Assembly: GCA_028534125.1 (NCBI GenBank)
Contig: CM052816.1
Location: 90,646,001-90,710,000, forward strand
DNA length: 64,000 nucleotides
Reading direction: 5' to 3'
Origin: Lama glama
Taxonomy: Eukaryota
Positions 49,646 through 63,812 of this stretch are shown in pieces. The notes under the pieces are model-generated. The model was not told the DNA's origin. It was given only the letters and a program-made list of their open reading frames with translations, and ran no database searches. Position 1 is the stretch's first letter. Each line of letters begins with the position of its first letter. A program made the position numbers and the translations under genes.

Positions 49646-51526
49646 CTATCAAACTGCTAGTTTAAACTCAAGGAGAACCAGCAGAACTTAGAATGTTTAG
49701 AATCATGATTAGAATCATGGAGTATGTACCTAAACGTGGAATTGCTGGGTCATATGCCTATAGTTTTGATAGCAGAAAACAAGGCTTTAGAAGATACGAT
49801 TTGCACTAGTTCATTCACTGCCATCTCCTAAGGCCAGAGACCAGTCTACACTTTTCTTTGCATCGTCAGCGCCCAACACAGTGCCTGGCACCTAACAGGA
49901 GTTCAAGTAGTGTTGTCCTGGAAAGAGATTGTTGTATGACGTACTAATGTGTAGGATGGGAGGGGAGATTGTAACAAAATAGCTTTGTGTCTTGAGATGC
50001 AAATCTCCTGGTCCATTGTAAGCTGTAGTAAAAAAATCACATGTTTATATATCCTGCATTATAATGGTCACACACACCGCACACACAGCATATATGTCAT
50101 AGGAAAGCACTTTATTAAATTCATATGCACACATTGTGAGCGCTTACTGTGAACACATTGTGAGAATTATCACTTAATCCTCCTACATGTGAATTTCCAC
50201 TTCTGGACAGATCAATTTCTTGCCAGACATGGGGCAGGACTTCCCTCCTTGCACACCTTTATATGCTTTTTCTCTACTTTTGCCACATGGTTTCATCACT
50301 TTAAAGAGCAGGAGAACCGAAGGTACAACTGTAAGTGTTGCTTCCTACTTAGCATTTTTTTCAAATGTTTATAAAACGTAAAAGCCATTCTTTGCCCACA
50401 AGGTGGTACAAAAACCAGAAGAGGGCCAGATGCGACCCACGGCAGTGCCTTCCAGACGTCTGCGTGTATCACACTGTACCGTTAAGTGTTATAATTCGAG
50501 AATGAATTTTAATTATATTTTAATGAAAAGGCTGACCCTGTGCGTTTTCATAGACAGGAAATACATGTCATAAATGCTTCTTAGGAATGTGGGCATCTGG
50601 AGCACAAAGTGTAAATGCCTGTGATGGTAGACGATTACAGATGCTGTCAAGGTGTCTCTTGATTCTGGAGTTCTAGAAACAGAAATAAAAAAATGAAAAA
50701 CAATTACGTGCCGCTCGGTGAACTTAGACAAAGAAGGAAGGAGACAGGTGACTCAGAGTGGAGACAGGAGGATGAGTTCCAGGAGATGGGACAGAAGTAA
50801 AGAAAAGTAGACAGAAACACGCAGGGGCAGATTTAACTGGAAGTTTAACCATAGGATGGAGCTGGAGAACAGAAGCCAGAAGAAAGGGGCTCCAGGAACG
50901 GATGGACTTGATAAACATCCCAGCTTTCGGTGAGAAAATACCAGCTTGCGCTGAAAATGAGAAAATGGTCTGACGTCTTACACTAATTTTTACATTCTTG
51001 GCCTAGGGTGAGATTCAAACAGCAGTCCTACTGGCCTGGAAGAGATCTTCAAAAGCACATCTTGATGGTATCGTTTTGTTTTTGCTTTCCTTCAAACCTC
51101 TCGAGGCCAACTCCCATTCTCTCTTTGTAGCCCCCTGAAAACGCTGGTCGCTGTGGCTTTTGATCACAGTTACAGATGTGAAATCCCTCCTCTTTAATTC
51201 AAGTCCAAGTCCACTAATTTTGTCCTCTGCGAAACTGACGAAAAGCTGGGGCATGTTCCCCGCATTAGGACCTGCCATGCACCTAACGATTATCACTAAG
51301 CCTCCCTCAGCCTGCTTGTCTCCGGGCCAAACGATCCCGACCTTCTGAGCCTTTTTAGCACAAAACTAATCGTCATCCTTTGCAACATTTTTGTGCCTCT
51401 GGTTTCTTCACATCCTTTCTTTAACAACAGGGACGAAAAAACAAACAAAAAATGTTTTCTAGGAAAGTTTGGACTGAGGTGGAACACTTAGAGGAAAAAC
51501 ATGGGACGAACAAGAAGGATTCCTTA

Positions 51527-51621
51527 GGGGAGGGTCAGCACTCAGTGGCAGAGCGCACACTTAGCATGCATGAGTCATGTGGGTTCAATCCCCAGCACTG
51601 CCAGTAAAAAGGAAAAAAATA
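51527..51621 (+). mobile_element. tRNA-derived SINE, Vic-1-like (short form)
   Basis: ggggagggtcagcactcagtggcagagcg...gggttcaatccccagc with an A tail; TSD aagga(t/g)tcctta. Confidence 0.85.
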
Positions 51622-53017
51622 AAGGAGTCCTTAAACCGTTCCTGTTTCTCTTCCCACATCTCAGTATCATGATGACTTTCTCTCACAGAACTGGATCATT
51701 TCTGAGGAATACTCACTTCGTAAACTGAGTCCACCCCACCCGGGCCATTTTGCCACCAAACGTGTTCCCATAATAATCCCAACAGCAGCAGTGACAGTGG
51801 TGCCTCCTTTGTTGCGCATCCTGACCCTGAGCAGTAGGTCAGTCGTGACCCACATTTCACAGGGAAGGATGCCACTTGGAGAGGTTCTGGAACTGGCTGA
51901 GATGATCCCTCTCCTGCGCGGTGAAGTCTGCAGCTGGATCCCTGGTTTCCACTCTTGAGCTACTCCCAGTGTTGTATTCCCTTCTCGGCGTCTATCTGTG
52001 GATTGTAACTAATGTTATCTCTTTTCGTAGCTATTTGCTTAATTCGTGTCCCTCAGCATATATGTCCTTCAACAACATGCCTGATTTATCAAAGTCATTT
52101 CCAACTGTATGCCGGCTCTCCATCTGGAGAATTGGCAGCTCCATCTAAGTAAGTAACATCTGCAGTTATCTTTTCATTATCTTCATTCCTACCATAAAAG
52201 CTTAAAAGTTGAAACTTTAAATTACGGATGTTAAAGGCAATAAGAGCTAACACTGTATTCTAGACACTGTTGTGGGCACGTTATATACCTTAACCCTCTC
52301 TGCAGCCCCAAGAGGTGGACATTCTTTTTCCTTCTAACGTTACAGATTGAGGCACAGAGAGGGTGAGTAACGTGCCCAAGGTCACTCAGCTGGAAAGTTG
52401 GCCCCGTATCTTTACAAGTTGCCTTAGATTCACAAAATGTTCTATGTGTATCTTGTTGCCAATTCTCTTTTAAACAATACCTTTCTAATCAGGAATTTTA
52501 GGGGGGGAAATTGGATCTTTTACCAAATGTAATTTGCCCATTTTTCTGCTAGTGGTAATTTAGGTTTCTAACCTTTTGTTACTTGGAGGAAAAAACGTAT
52601 CTCTAAAATTATTGTTTGCATTGTTTCAAGATATATATACAGGAGGAGGAGGACTAGCAAGAGCCTGCCAAGCATCGAAGTCAGGGTAATGGTTACCTAG
52701 GAGGTAGGGCTTGCGAAGGAGATGCACAAAGCTTCAATCATATTTGTAATTTGTTTTCTTAGGCTTGGTGATGGTCATATGCATCTGTTTTTTACATTAT
52801 TCTTTACCTCTTTTTGAATGTTTAAATTTATACAATTTTAAAAAGAGATGGAGAAGGAAATTAAATAGAAATAAATATAATATAGTAGAAAAACTGCTGA
52901 TAGCCTGGGGATCTGACTTCTAGACCTTTTCTACAACAAACCAGCATCTGATAGCGATCAAGCTGCTCCTTCCAGACCCCTTCCCTCAACTATGAATGGA
53001 AAGCATTTCACTAGAAC

Positions 53018-53216
53018 TGAGGTTGGCAAACTACAGCCCCTGTTTTTGTAAATAAAGTTTTATTGGAACACGGCCAAGACCATTTGTCTACCTGTTGTCC
53101 ATGGCTGCTTTTATCCCAAGGTAGCAGAGCCGAGCATTTGCAACAAAGGCTGTGTGACCTGCAGAGTCTCAAGGATTTGCTGTCTGGGGCTTTACAGAGA
53201 ACGTTTGCTGACCCCT
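53018..53216. mobile_element. MER58B-like hAT-Charlie element
   Basis: gaggttggcaaactacagccc...tttttgtaaataaagttttattggaacac...gtttgctgacccct. Confidence 0.8.
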
Positions 53217-54804
53217 ACAGCAGAAAATCATCTCCTTCAGCTCGAAGATTTGACCATCCCAGGATAAGCAGGATAGCCAAGGCTTTTGCACCAATGGTGG
53301 ACCGTGGACACCAGCCTTCTGCACAGACAAATCACTTTAAATAAGCTCATAAATTCAGATAAGATTGAAGAAACTTCAGGACTTTGGAGTCACACAGCAA
53401 AACCCTTCAATATCGTTCTGGGAGGGTACGAGCAGGCACACACCTCTTCCCCTGAATTGAGAGAAGGCAAGTCCATAGGCATCAAGCACAGATTCTCACA
53501 GTGTCGGGGTGGGGTGTGTCGTACAAGGTGCAAGCAGTTACACTTTGCTTTGCGGGTTTTACGGGGATGTTTTAGAATATGAGGATTTGGTCTTTGAATA
53601 GTTCCTCTTGTGAATAGAGGACTTATTTCTCTGTTCAGAGCAAGTCTCTCACTGAAAGAGCAGTACACACTCATGGTCAGGATCAGGAATTCAAGAGTCA
53701 GATGGCAAAGACTAGAATTGTGGCGTACGCCCTTTCTGCCTGTGCATCTTGGGCAGTTTATGTAATCTCACTAATTCTCAGTTTCCTCATCTGTGAAATG
53801 GAACCATGCCAGTATGGACCTCATTTAGTTGTTATGAGGACTAAATAGTATAATTCACAGTACATCACTGGGGATTATTACTAAATAAATGTTAGCCAAT
53901 ATTAACCAGACATGTTGAGGACACAACACAAATTCTGAGACGGGCTTAAAAGCACAGGAACTGGCATCCGCTTTCAGGACTAACAAAAGCCCTAGGAGAA
54001 GCATGGAAGATAGGAGGCCATTATAACATATCTGTAGCCGCTGGGACATAGGAGGCAAAGTTTCCTCAAGGCTACTGCATGGCGGTGGCATCCAGGAGAC
54101 ACAAAAAGAAAGCATGGATGGCATCCCCAAATGGACCCCTTCATCCGAAAGGGTTTGGACAGTTCCTGACCGGTCCATCAGGAGGAACACAAGGATCTCT
54201 TCCTGCCTTCACAAGTTTAACACGAAATAGTGACATTGACACACAGCCCACAAGCAGCCTTGGAATGAAAATAAGCACAAACGGAGGACATCACATAAAG
54301 TGTTCACAGTGGGACTTGGGGCAAGTTCCTGAGCCTCCCCAGGCCTCCACTTTTTCACAGGACGTCACTGTCCAGCAGACATATCATATGAGCTGCATGG
54401 ATCATGTTCAATTTTCTAGTCGCATGACAGAAAATCAAAAGTAAGGTGTTTGTTAGGTACCATACTGGATTATGTTATTTATGACACACATAGCTCTTAG
54501 AAAACCACCGATCCTAACAGTACATTTTAGGGATGGGGTCAATGGGAAGGATGAAAGCTATATGTCATCAGTCCATATATGAAAATCTAAACCACGCCAG
54601 TAATTGGTATTTTATCTTGCCATATAGTAAAAGGGTAAGAATTTAAACTCAGAATCCAGGAGGGCTTCTAAGAGCCCTCAAAGAGGCTAAGGATTAGATT
54701 GATGAATGTGACTTTCAGCTGAAGAGACTGAGTTGGTTCTCCTTAAAAAGGGGGCTATTAGGTTTTCTTTGATTTCTTTTATGAGCATTTTGTAATCTAG
54801 CAAA

Positions 54805-55450
54805 AATCCTAAACAAGAATGTTCCTAGCAGTGCTATTCATAACAGCCAAAATGCAGAAATAACTCAGAAGTCCTTCAATGGGTGAGTGGTTAAACAAAG
54901 TGTGGTATAGACACACCATGGGATACAGCTCAGCACTGAAACAAATGAACTTTTGAGACATGCAACAATTTGGATAGCGCTCAAGGGAAATAGGCTGAGT
55001 GAAAAAGTTCATCTCCGAAGGTTACAGATCGTAGGAGTCTGTTTACACGACATTTTCAAAATAGCAAAATCATGGAGATAGAGAACAGGTTAATGGTTGC
55101 CACAAGGAAGAGATTGGTGGAGAAGTTGGGTGTCAGGTATAAAGGGGTAGCGGGTGGAAGTCTTTTGGTAATGGCACAATTCTGTATTCCGACTACACAC
55201 ACATGCACATGCGGTAAAATTGCATTGAACTTTATACACACACATGCATACACACACACACGAATGTTTGTAAAGCTGAATAAAGCTCTATGAATTGTAC
55301 CAACGTCAGTTCCCTGGTTTTGCTAGTTTACTGTGGTTACGTAAGATGTAACCATGGTGGGGAGGCTAGGTGATGCGTTCACGGGATGTCTCTGTTTATT
55401 TTACTTGCAACTTCCTACAAACCTAGAGTTATTTCATTTTTTAATAAAGT
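54805..55450 (+). mobile_element. L1MC-like 3' end
   Basis: aagaatgttcctagcagtgctattcataacagccaaaa...ggagatagagaacaggttaatggttgcc...ttgcaacttcct. Confidence 0.8.
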
Positions 55451-56050
55451 ACACGCAGAAAGAAAATATCTTTAGGGAAAGCAAGAGCTGCTTGGCAAAG
55501 CCGGACCCTGCCAATAGTGACTCCAGTAGCAACGCGGAGAACGGGCTTGACAGAAGCCCAGTGAAAAAGCAGATAAGCACTGAGCATCAGTTTCTTAAAT
55601 CCAGAAATCAACGAAGGGGTGCAAGGAGAGAAATGACTGGTTTTGTGCAAACTCAAACAAAACAGATTCCAGACCTCTGTGCTCCAGCTACAGGAGTTTA
55701 TTACGTTCCAAATCCATAAAGGATGGTTTACGACCTGAATGAGCCAAGTTGTCTGCTGTTCATCAAAGGATGATGCAACACCTAATTTTAAAAGCCCACA
55801 GTTATGAAACCTATACAACGTGATTGTTTTTCTGCTTTCGTTAAGAGACAAATTACAATTAATCTGTTTCTTTTTAGGCGCTCTATTCTTACATCATGTA
55901 TGTTAAAACATTGCTTTTTAATTTGTGTTTTCCTTTTCCTAATGGTAAAACATTCATAAATTTGAGGCTTAAATATTAGTCTCATTAAAACTAAACCCTG
56001 AAACTGCACAAGTTGGCAGAGTTTGCATTTCTTTTGACCTGTACACTTTG

Positions 56051-56069
56051 TGACCACTAGAGGGCTTCT
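56051..56069 (+). promoter_or_regulatory. CTCF-like motif
   Basis: TGACCACTAGAGGGCTTCT; core CCACTAGAGGGC intact, 3' flank suboptimal. Confidence 0.4.
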
Positions 56070-59000
56070 TTCGTTCATGGTAGTGAAAACCATGTCTTCC
56101 ATTTGGAATTTACAAACTTCTCACAAGGGGGAAAAAAAGAGTTGAAAACCCAGAGCCCCGTCCAAATACCAAGACTTGAGTGACTCTACAGTTTTGAAAA
56201 ACATGGAATTTACTGAAGAACCTCTGTGGTATATACTTCAAAGCTTGGTTTCCTATTTTTAAACTTGGCATTCTACCTGATGGAAGCTAGCCAGCCACTT
56301 ACAAAGCACGTTCATGATTTCATTTCCCAGTTGGTGAATGAAGCAGAGCCAAGCACCGTCTTTATTTTTGTTCATTTTATTATTAACATATCGAGCTCAG
56401 CATACTGCCGTGGTTCAGTAAGCCTTCTGCCACCAGTGGCCCCTTATTCATTATTTAAGATAATTCTGTCCTGCTCGAAAATGGATTTCCCTAAGTAAAC
56501 CCCCACGCCCATGCCAACCCCTGTTTATAGATTTCAGTCCATTTGATGGTAAAGGACGTGTTTGGGAAGAAGGGCTCATATTGCTCCTGGGATGGAGCCC
56601 AAAGTTTTAGAAGAGGGTTTAGAGTCCAGGTTTCTAGAACACTGGAAGAGGAAGCTACTTTTAAGGGATTTGTAGACTTTGAAGCATGTTCTTGCTTTTA
56701 GGATTTGACCAGCTCATCCTCAACCCTGCCTACGGCTGCCTTCACCTCAGATATGCCGCTCCTAAAGTTTAGGTCCCATTCCTCTGTTATTTGACTACCA
56801 ATGACAGCTCATAGAGTGAAAACTCGATACCCCGCTAAGCCAGAAGTTGTCATCATTAATTGATTCATCGCTCAATTTACAGAGCTCGCTGCATTACCTA
56901 TCAAAGTTTTGCAAAGCACGTGCACGAAATAAAGGGTATGTCTTTCTCGCTAATCATCAGCCCCAAGGTTTTCTGGTGAACCAAACTGAAAGAGGTTTCC
57001 ATCAAAACAATTTTCTTCTTAACTTGAAAAGAATTTTTTTTTCTTCAACAGAAATTAAAACTGAGAACCAAATCAATGAATATTCTCCACCTGTATCTTT
57101 TTTTTAGGGTGGAGCCATATGAGCCGTCCCTGCCCCTGGGTTCCCCTTCTCTGTGAGAATGTGGCAGCAGCCTTCTCCGTGTCTGGCCTTGCTCTGCCTC
57201 CCGAGGCCAAGAGAGAGGAAGGCATGAGGAGGGTTGGGACGGAGGCCGGGGCTGAGCCTTGCCTGGAGGGGAGCAGAGAGAGGCTGGTTCACTTCCAACA
57301 CTGCCCCCATCTTATGCGCTGGGAGTTAAGGCAGTCAGATGGGCCTCCGGGAAACATGACCAAGATTTGCTTTGGAGAAGCAAGGTCAGGTTTAAAAAGC
57401 ACATTTCCTAAAAGCAAACTCTGTGGCCTGTGCAAAGGACACCCAACTAGCACTTCGAGCTCCAGGTTTGAGGCCCTCATCCCTCTGCCATCCCGGTTCT
57501 GTGACCTGACCTCTTGGCCATATACCAGTTGCTCGCTGTTTGAAATAAAGCAAGCACACTGCGTTACCTTGGCTATGTAATTTCTAAAGCTCATCTGTTA
57601 CTAACTTCAATCTAAGACGCAGTTTGTAATAGGCACAGCCCAATAAGCATTGGGTCTTCCTGGAAAAACAGCGCCCTTAAGTCAAATTCTTTGCCCATGG
57701 GATTCGAAGGAGTCGTGTGTGCTAAGGACGAAGCTGAGTCTCACTAGAATCTACAGGATGTGACTTTTTTTGAAGCGTCAGGATATGACTAACATAAATC
57801 CACTGGGCACTCCCAGAGGCACACAGTTTGAGAGATGAGCCCAGAAGGAGCAGAGTTCTGATGTTTGGCATTTCCAAGGGAACGTTCAAGTTCCCCAGCC
57901 AGGTTCAGTCCCTGTAAGTGAGGAAGGTGGGAGCTTGTTTCCCAGCTTGGCCTGACTTTCATGGGGATTTGATGAGCATGTTTGTTTTGCGTGTTCCTGT
58001 GTGTGGTATGTGATTTCTTTCCGCTTACTGAGTCCGTGGTGAAATGAAAAAATACCAGCCATTGAAGCACCTGCTGCAGGGGCGCTGAACACTGTGTAAG
58101 CCACGTCTTCGGGCATAAAATCAGATCCCCGTGGGCCAGACCTGCAGCTGCACAGAGTGCCGTGAGGATGCTGGGGCCCTCTGGTGCGTGGCTTTCTCCA
58201 CCGGCCCTGTCCCCCGAGCCAAGGCCTCGCACGGTGGGAAGAGAGGGCCGCGGGGGTATCAATCACGCCATTCTGGACTGCTTGCTTTCCTTCCTTAAAG
58301 TCTACAGGACCTTTTTTGTTTGGGGCCATTTGTGCTTATAGTTGCCTAGCCAACCTTCTGAAGAGCTGTTGCCAGGGTTGGAATCGACGGGGAGGGAAGC
58401 GGGGCCAGGGCTTGTGCACAGCGAAGAGGAGGCCGGGCAGCAGGATGAACGCATCCCTGTCCGAACAGCAGGGGTCCCTTTGGGCCCCTTCAGGTAACAG
58501 ACAGTCAGGATGGGAACGTCCCCAAGGTCACCTGAGGGACCACATGACAGTCCGATGCCGGATCCCAACATTTCCCTAAAAGGTATTTAAATGGAGAAAG
58601 TAATCATTATTTCTTCCTAGGGGGGCTCCACTTTGCAAGAGAAACGTCCATTTTTACCTTGAGAGATTCTTTAATAGGCACAGGGAAGTGAAAGGGTTTG
58701 CCAAAGATGACAGAAAGTCTACTAGAAATTCAAGTGTTTTTACCTTTTCACCTGCTTCATTTTTTCACAAAAGGCGTCTGATTTCTTTGCAATAGTTCGT
58801 AGCTTGTCATGTTCTTGGGATTTATTTTCTTATTGGATCTAGAGTTTGCTGGGCTTGGGAGAAAAGCGGCTCAGGGAATTTTTCAGACTCTACTTAGGGT
58901 TATTAATTCTCATGAAGAAAAATATTTACTTAAAGAACTGATTCATTATATTGTAACCTTGTGAATAAATATACCAGGGGCCTGAGTATGAGCAGGAAGT

Positions 59001-59659
59001 ATGGAGAATTAGTCATGAACAGGGTCAGAAGGAGGCGGGGCTGGCAGTTACTAAGCAACTCGTGTTGATAGACATTGTTTTAGTCCTAAGCACAGATAAG
59101 TCCTGTGTCTCCATTTTATAGATGTGGAAGCTGAGGCCTGGAGATAGTAAGTGAACCATTTTGAATTCATACAGATAATAACACAAGAGATCAAGGACAG
59201 GAGCATAGGTTGGACTAAGGAAAAGATTTTTCTGCTCCACACACTATGATGGAAAGAAAACTGGATGTGGGGTGAGTGACTTAGTCTGAGTTAAACTCAG
59301 TTCTGAACCGGTTGATTGTATGACTTTAGGGAAGATTGCTTGATTCATCTGGGTCTCAGTTTCTTGAAAGATTAAGGTCCTTAACTTCAGGCAAGGTGCA
59401 AACCACCACCTCTTTGGATAAATAACATCTATTTTGCCCACTTTGGTAATACAAACCAACCAAAGATGTTTCAACAGTTCCTAAGAACTGATCCCCCACC
59501 CATACACTCACCTGCCCCATGTCCCCATGTCAATGCTGGAGGGGAGGGGAGACCACAGGACACGGGATCTGGTCAGGGGCAAACTAAGATCTAACAGGGA
59601 GCACGTGTGCTTGGATAGAAATCATTGCCAAAATATCTCATCTCAAACATTGTCCACTT

Positions 59660-59915
59660 ATTAATGAATTGAGGCATAATTCAAATATCGTGAAATGCAC
59701 ACATCTGTATTTCAGTGGGATTTGACAGTCACATACACGCATGTAAACCACCACTCTGATCAAGTTCTAAAACCTTTTCAACACCCCAGCAAGTTCCCTC
59801 ATGCCCCTCTCTAGTCAAATCCAACCCCTCCTTACCCAAGAAAGCAACCACTGTTAGGTCACCATGGATTTGTTGTATCATTTGTTAGAACTGCATACAT
59901 GCTGAATCGTACATG
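59660..59915 (-). mobile_element. Old L1 3' end fragment
   Basis: ttgaggcataattcaaata...atgtaaaccaccac...caaccactgtt. Confidence 0.65.
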
Positions 59916-62131
59916 TGAATCCGTTTTCACTCCAGGAGGTAGCTGGCAGGGCCTGCTGACCGTGGATTGAGGGATGCAAGTCCGTGAGATGGGAGAGTGA
60001 AGGCCGGAGGGGATGTCGGGGTTTGGTTCTTGCTTCCAGGAAGGTTATACATTCTTATAAACAGAATCTGGTTCTTTTACAGAGTCTCACCATACCGTGC
60101 ACAGATGACTTTCTCAATATATATTAACTCGGTGATATCTGTACACCTTCTGTGCTCACGTGTTCATTTATACATTCATTCCAACAGAAATTTATTCTTG
60201 TCCAGCTATGTGTGTCTGAGACTCTAGGCAGTGGGATCGTTTATAAATAAGATGCACAGAGTTGGTGCAACAAACAATAAATGCCCCCCACGGAACGTAC
60301 GGGATCCTTTGTGAAGGCGGTAGGTATAATGAAGAAATGAACCGGGGCCGTGGAGCCCTGGCTTCACCCGGGGCTGGCTGAGGAGCTGGTTTCGCGTCTC
60401 ACTTAACCCGCGGCCAGTTGCAAGAGGCAGGATTAATATTGCTCCGCCAGCTGAAACATGAACCAGGATTCGAGCCTCAGGGCCACGTTTGTTACCCATC
60501 ACGTTCTTCATTCATGGCCCAGTGTGCCAAGCTCAGTTTGATACTGTGACAACACAAAAATGCATGAGGCAAATGGGGCGTGGGAGTTCACTCCTTAGGA
60601 GTTACTGGTCTCTGGCAAGTCTCTGCTTTTAAAAAATCTACAATCGCTTTCACTGTTGACATCGTGCATTGAAACAAAAAACCGAGTGCATCTAATCCGC
60701 ATATGGATATGTTTTCATGAGTCACGCCTCAAGCCGCTTGGAATCGGGCTGACCGCACTGCTTGTAGGGACCTGTGAGGGAACCGCTCTGCTGGACAAAA
60801 GCAAGAAGACTTCATTCTTGTGATGTTTCAGACACCTCCCGGGTCTCTTGGTCAGTTTCCTGTCAGCAGAGGCTTAAGAAAATAAACTGCACGCTGGAAG
60901 GCGTACTTTGGGGATTTTGACAGTTCCTCAAAAACACGGCTTAAAGTGTCTCAAGCTAATAAAACCAACACCCAACTCTCTCTCCCTCCCTCCCTTTCTC
61001 TCTCTTTTTCTCTCTCTCTCAGGGTTAACCACGTAGCTACTAGGGGGACAAAAGCTTGCAGCTGTGCTCCACGATGGCTGTGTGATATCATGGGACAGGA
61101 CAGGACCAGAACAATCGATTCCTCTTTGGCCAGAACTTTCCCATTAGTGGGTATCAGAAACGTCCAGGCTCTGATTGCAGAATAAGTAAACAGGACATAA
61201 TGGGTTTTCAATAAATGCTGCCGAGCCAGACTCCAAGTCTGTTCGGAGAGGTTTATTTGACACGCAGGACCAGCCAGGGGAATTGAGGACAGAAAGGTGA
61301 AAAGAGTTGATGTTCACCAATGAAGGTGGGGTGGGTTGTGACTACACCCGCAGCTGAAGGAGGCGAGACTCTTTCTATGGGGATGACCCGAGAATCTGTA
61401 ACCATATCTTCATCCCAAATATCCTGGATTCACCATCAGAATAATGAGACCATTCAAGGGAGAAGGACTTAAGAGACATTTTGGACTCCGTTTTTCCTGT
61501 TTATTTGTTTTTTTTTTTAAGGAAAAACAAAAAACAACCTGAAGCTGACAGAGCAGAGTTTAAAATCCCACATTGACCGAATCCGAATTTGACCCCAGAT
61601 CATTTTCCAGCCAGCTCTGATCCTTCCCTTGTCTCCCATGTACACAGCCATAAGGACAAGTGGAAAGCATGTGGTGTCGAGCAACCTAAAGAGATGTCTA
61701 TGTTCTAATAGACTGAAATTGGTTTTAATCATTTCTTTCTGCTTTAACCAGAAATCAATTAATTCACCTGTACATTATTTTGAACTTAGACTTTTTTAAG
61801 ACATTGAAGGGTGAGCAACTGAGAAAAAGAGAGAGACTTCAGTCTTAGATGAAACTTAGATGAAACTCCTCCTCTATAGCCTGGACCAGCTCCAGAACAG
61901 ACAGACCCTGGGAACCCTTGGTCGGCCTCTCGTTTCCTGGGCATTCGCCCTCCTCTAACAAGTTAATAAAATAATCCACAAAGGGCTGACACATTTGGAA
62001 TCCAACCCAACATTTTCTCCCTAGTGCTGTGGTGTCCTGGGTCACATCCCCGAGGGGCCAAGCCTGAGACCAGTGTCCCAGTGCTTGTGGTTTATTGGGG
62101 GAAGGCTCATCAGGAGGAACAGGTAAGGGAG

Positions 62132-62415
62132 TGTATTAGTGTCCTAGAGCTGCTGTAACAAAGCAGCACAGACCGGGCAGCTTAGACAACAGAGGCCAGA
62201 AGTCCAAGATCAAGGCGTTGGCAGCTGTGGCTTCTCCTGAGGCCTCACCCCTTGGCTTGCAGACGGCCTCCCTCTTCCTGCCTCTCCTCTAGGTCACCCC
62301 TCTGTCTTGCACATCCCTGGTGTCCCTGGCGTGTCCCAATCTCCTTGTCTTATAAGGACGCCAGTCAGATTGGATTAGGGCCCCATCTTAGCGACCTCAT
62401 TTTAACTTAATTTCC
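62132..62415 (-). mobile_element. MLT1 (B/C-like) LTR fragment inside an older ERVL-type LTR
   Basis: tgtattagtgtcctagagctgctgtaacaaag...ggccagaagtccaagatcaagg...ttataaggacgccagtcagattggattagggccc. Confidence 0.8.
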
Positions 62416-63812
62416 ACATCACCCAAACCACAGAGTGGTCCCACCTGAAAGTGAGGAGGCGGCTCTTCTCATCACCATCTCTGTTGGTTCGCTGGCCAGC
62501 CCCCCATGTGTGTCTGGTGGGGAGGGGTCTTGGAGTATCAAGAGCATTTCTTTGGAGAGGATCACTCAGGTGACCGCTCAAGCAATTATGCAGCGGGGGG
62601 CAGGGGCAGCACTCTCATACAAAGCGCGCCCAGGTGGGGTACCAACATCACCCTGACACAAGCCTTCCAGGGCTCTGCTGTCTATTCCAGAAGCCCACCA
62701 GTCGTCTGTCTCCATTGGTTAAAGCCCACTCTTCCAGGTTCCACACGGGACATGAGAGGACTGCTGGGGCGGGGGACAGACTGGGGAGGGAATGAGAGTG
62801 TATGAGCTGTTCTTCCCCTCAGCACATGGCACCACCATTGAGCCAGTTGCCCAGGCCCGAATCCTTAGCTTCTGGTCAACCACGGAGTGTCCCTGAGAGT
62901 CTAGCCCTACCTCTTCCTTAGCTTTCAAATCCATCTTCTCTCCGTTCTCAGGGCCATGGCCCCAGTCCAAATCCCCATGACTAAGGAGTCTCTTCTCAGA
63001 TCTCAGCCTCTAATCTAAACCCCATGCATTTCTCCCACTACAGCCAAGTACGAGCCATTCACCTCCTCACGCGGCACCTCGTGACGGCTTCCTCAGACTA
63101 CAGGGATAACAGCCACTCTTGAATGGGACTGCAGGGCCTTCCCCAGTGTACTGCTGCCTCCTGCCTCAAACCATCCCTCCCCCAACTTGTTCTTAACATC
63201 TCAGCCACATTCAGCTTCTTTTCATCCTTCCACCTGTGACATCCTCAGTTCTCAGCAGGCTGTTTGCGCTACACACTCTGCAGCCACCCCCACCCCGCCT
63301 GCAGACACATCCCGTGTAACACTTGTTCTGGGCAGCCCTGCCTGACCTCCATGGTTAGTTGGTTGCCTCTGCTGTGTTTTTATTTGCTCTGGCAATGACA
63401 GCACTTAATTTCAACTTCAAACCAGTGTTTGGTGGCCCGTGGGGACTGCCACCATTCTGAAGACAGGATGGGAATCTTCCTTGTTAGTCATTATTCCCCC
63501 AACCCGTGTCCCTGCTCAGCCACCTCATAGTGTGTGACCTAGGGCAACTTTAACTTTTCTGCGCCTCAGTTTCCTTATTTGTAAAAATGAGAAAATATAA
63601 CACAACATTCCTCGTAGTTTGGAGGAGAAAATGACTGAATATATGTGTGCTAGGTGGTGCTTAGAACAGTGTTTGGTGTGTAGCAAGTACATGTAAGCGT
63701 TGGCTTCTATGATTTCTACTGCGGGCAGACATAGTAGTCGAAGGAGTATCTCCAACACTGAGTAGAGGACTGAGCACATGCACTGGAAGATAAGAAAAAC
63801 TAAAGGTGTTAG

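Noticed and set aside
50129..50164. 12-bp direct repeat ACACATTGTGAG with a short spacer (and similar micro-duplications near 36995, 49700 and 61846)
   Set aside because: Only two units; ordinary slippage duplications, not an array or CRISPR-like structure.
682..60724. About ten AP-1 heptamers (TGASTCA) across the window
   Set aside because: Close to the number expected by chance for a 7-mer in 64 kb; not evidence of enrichment.
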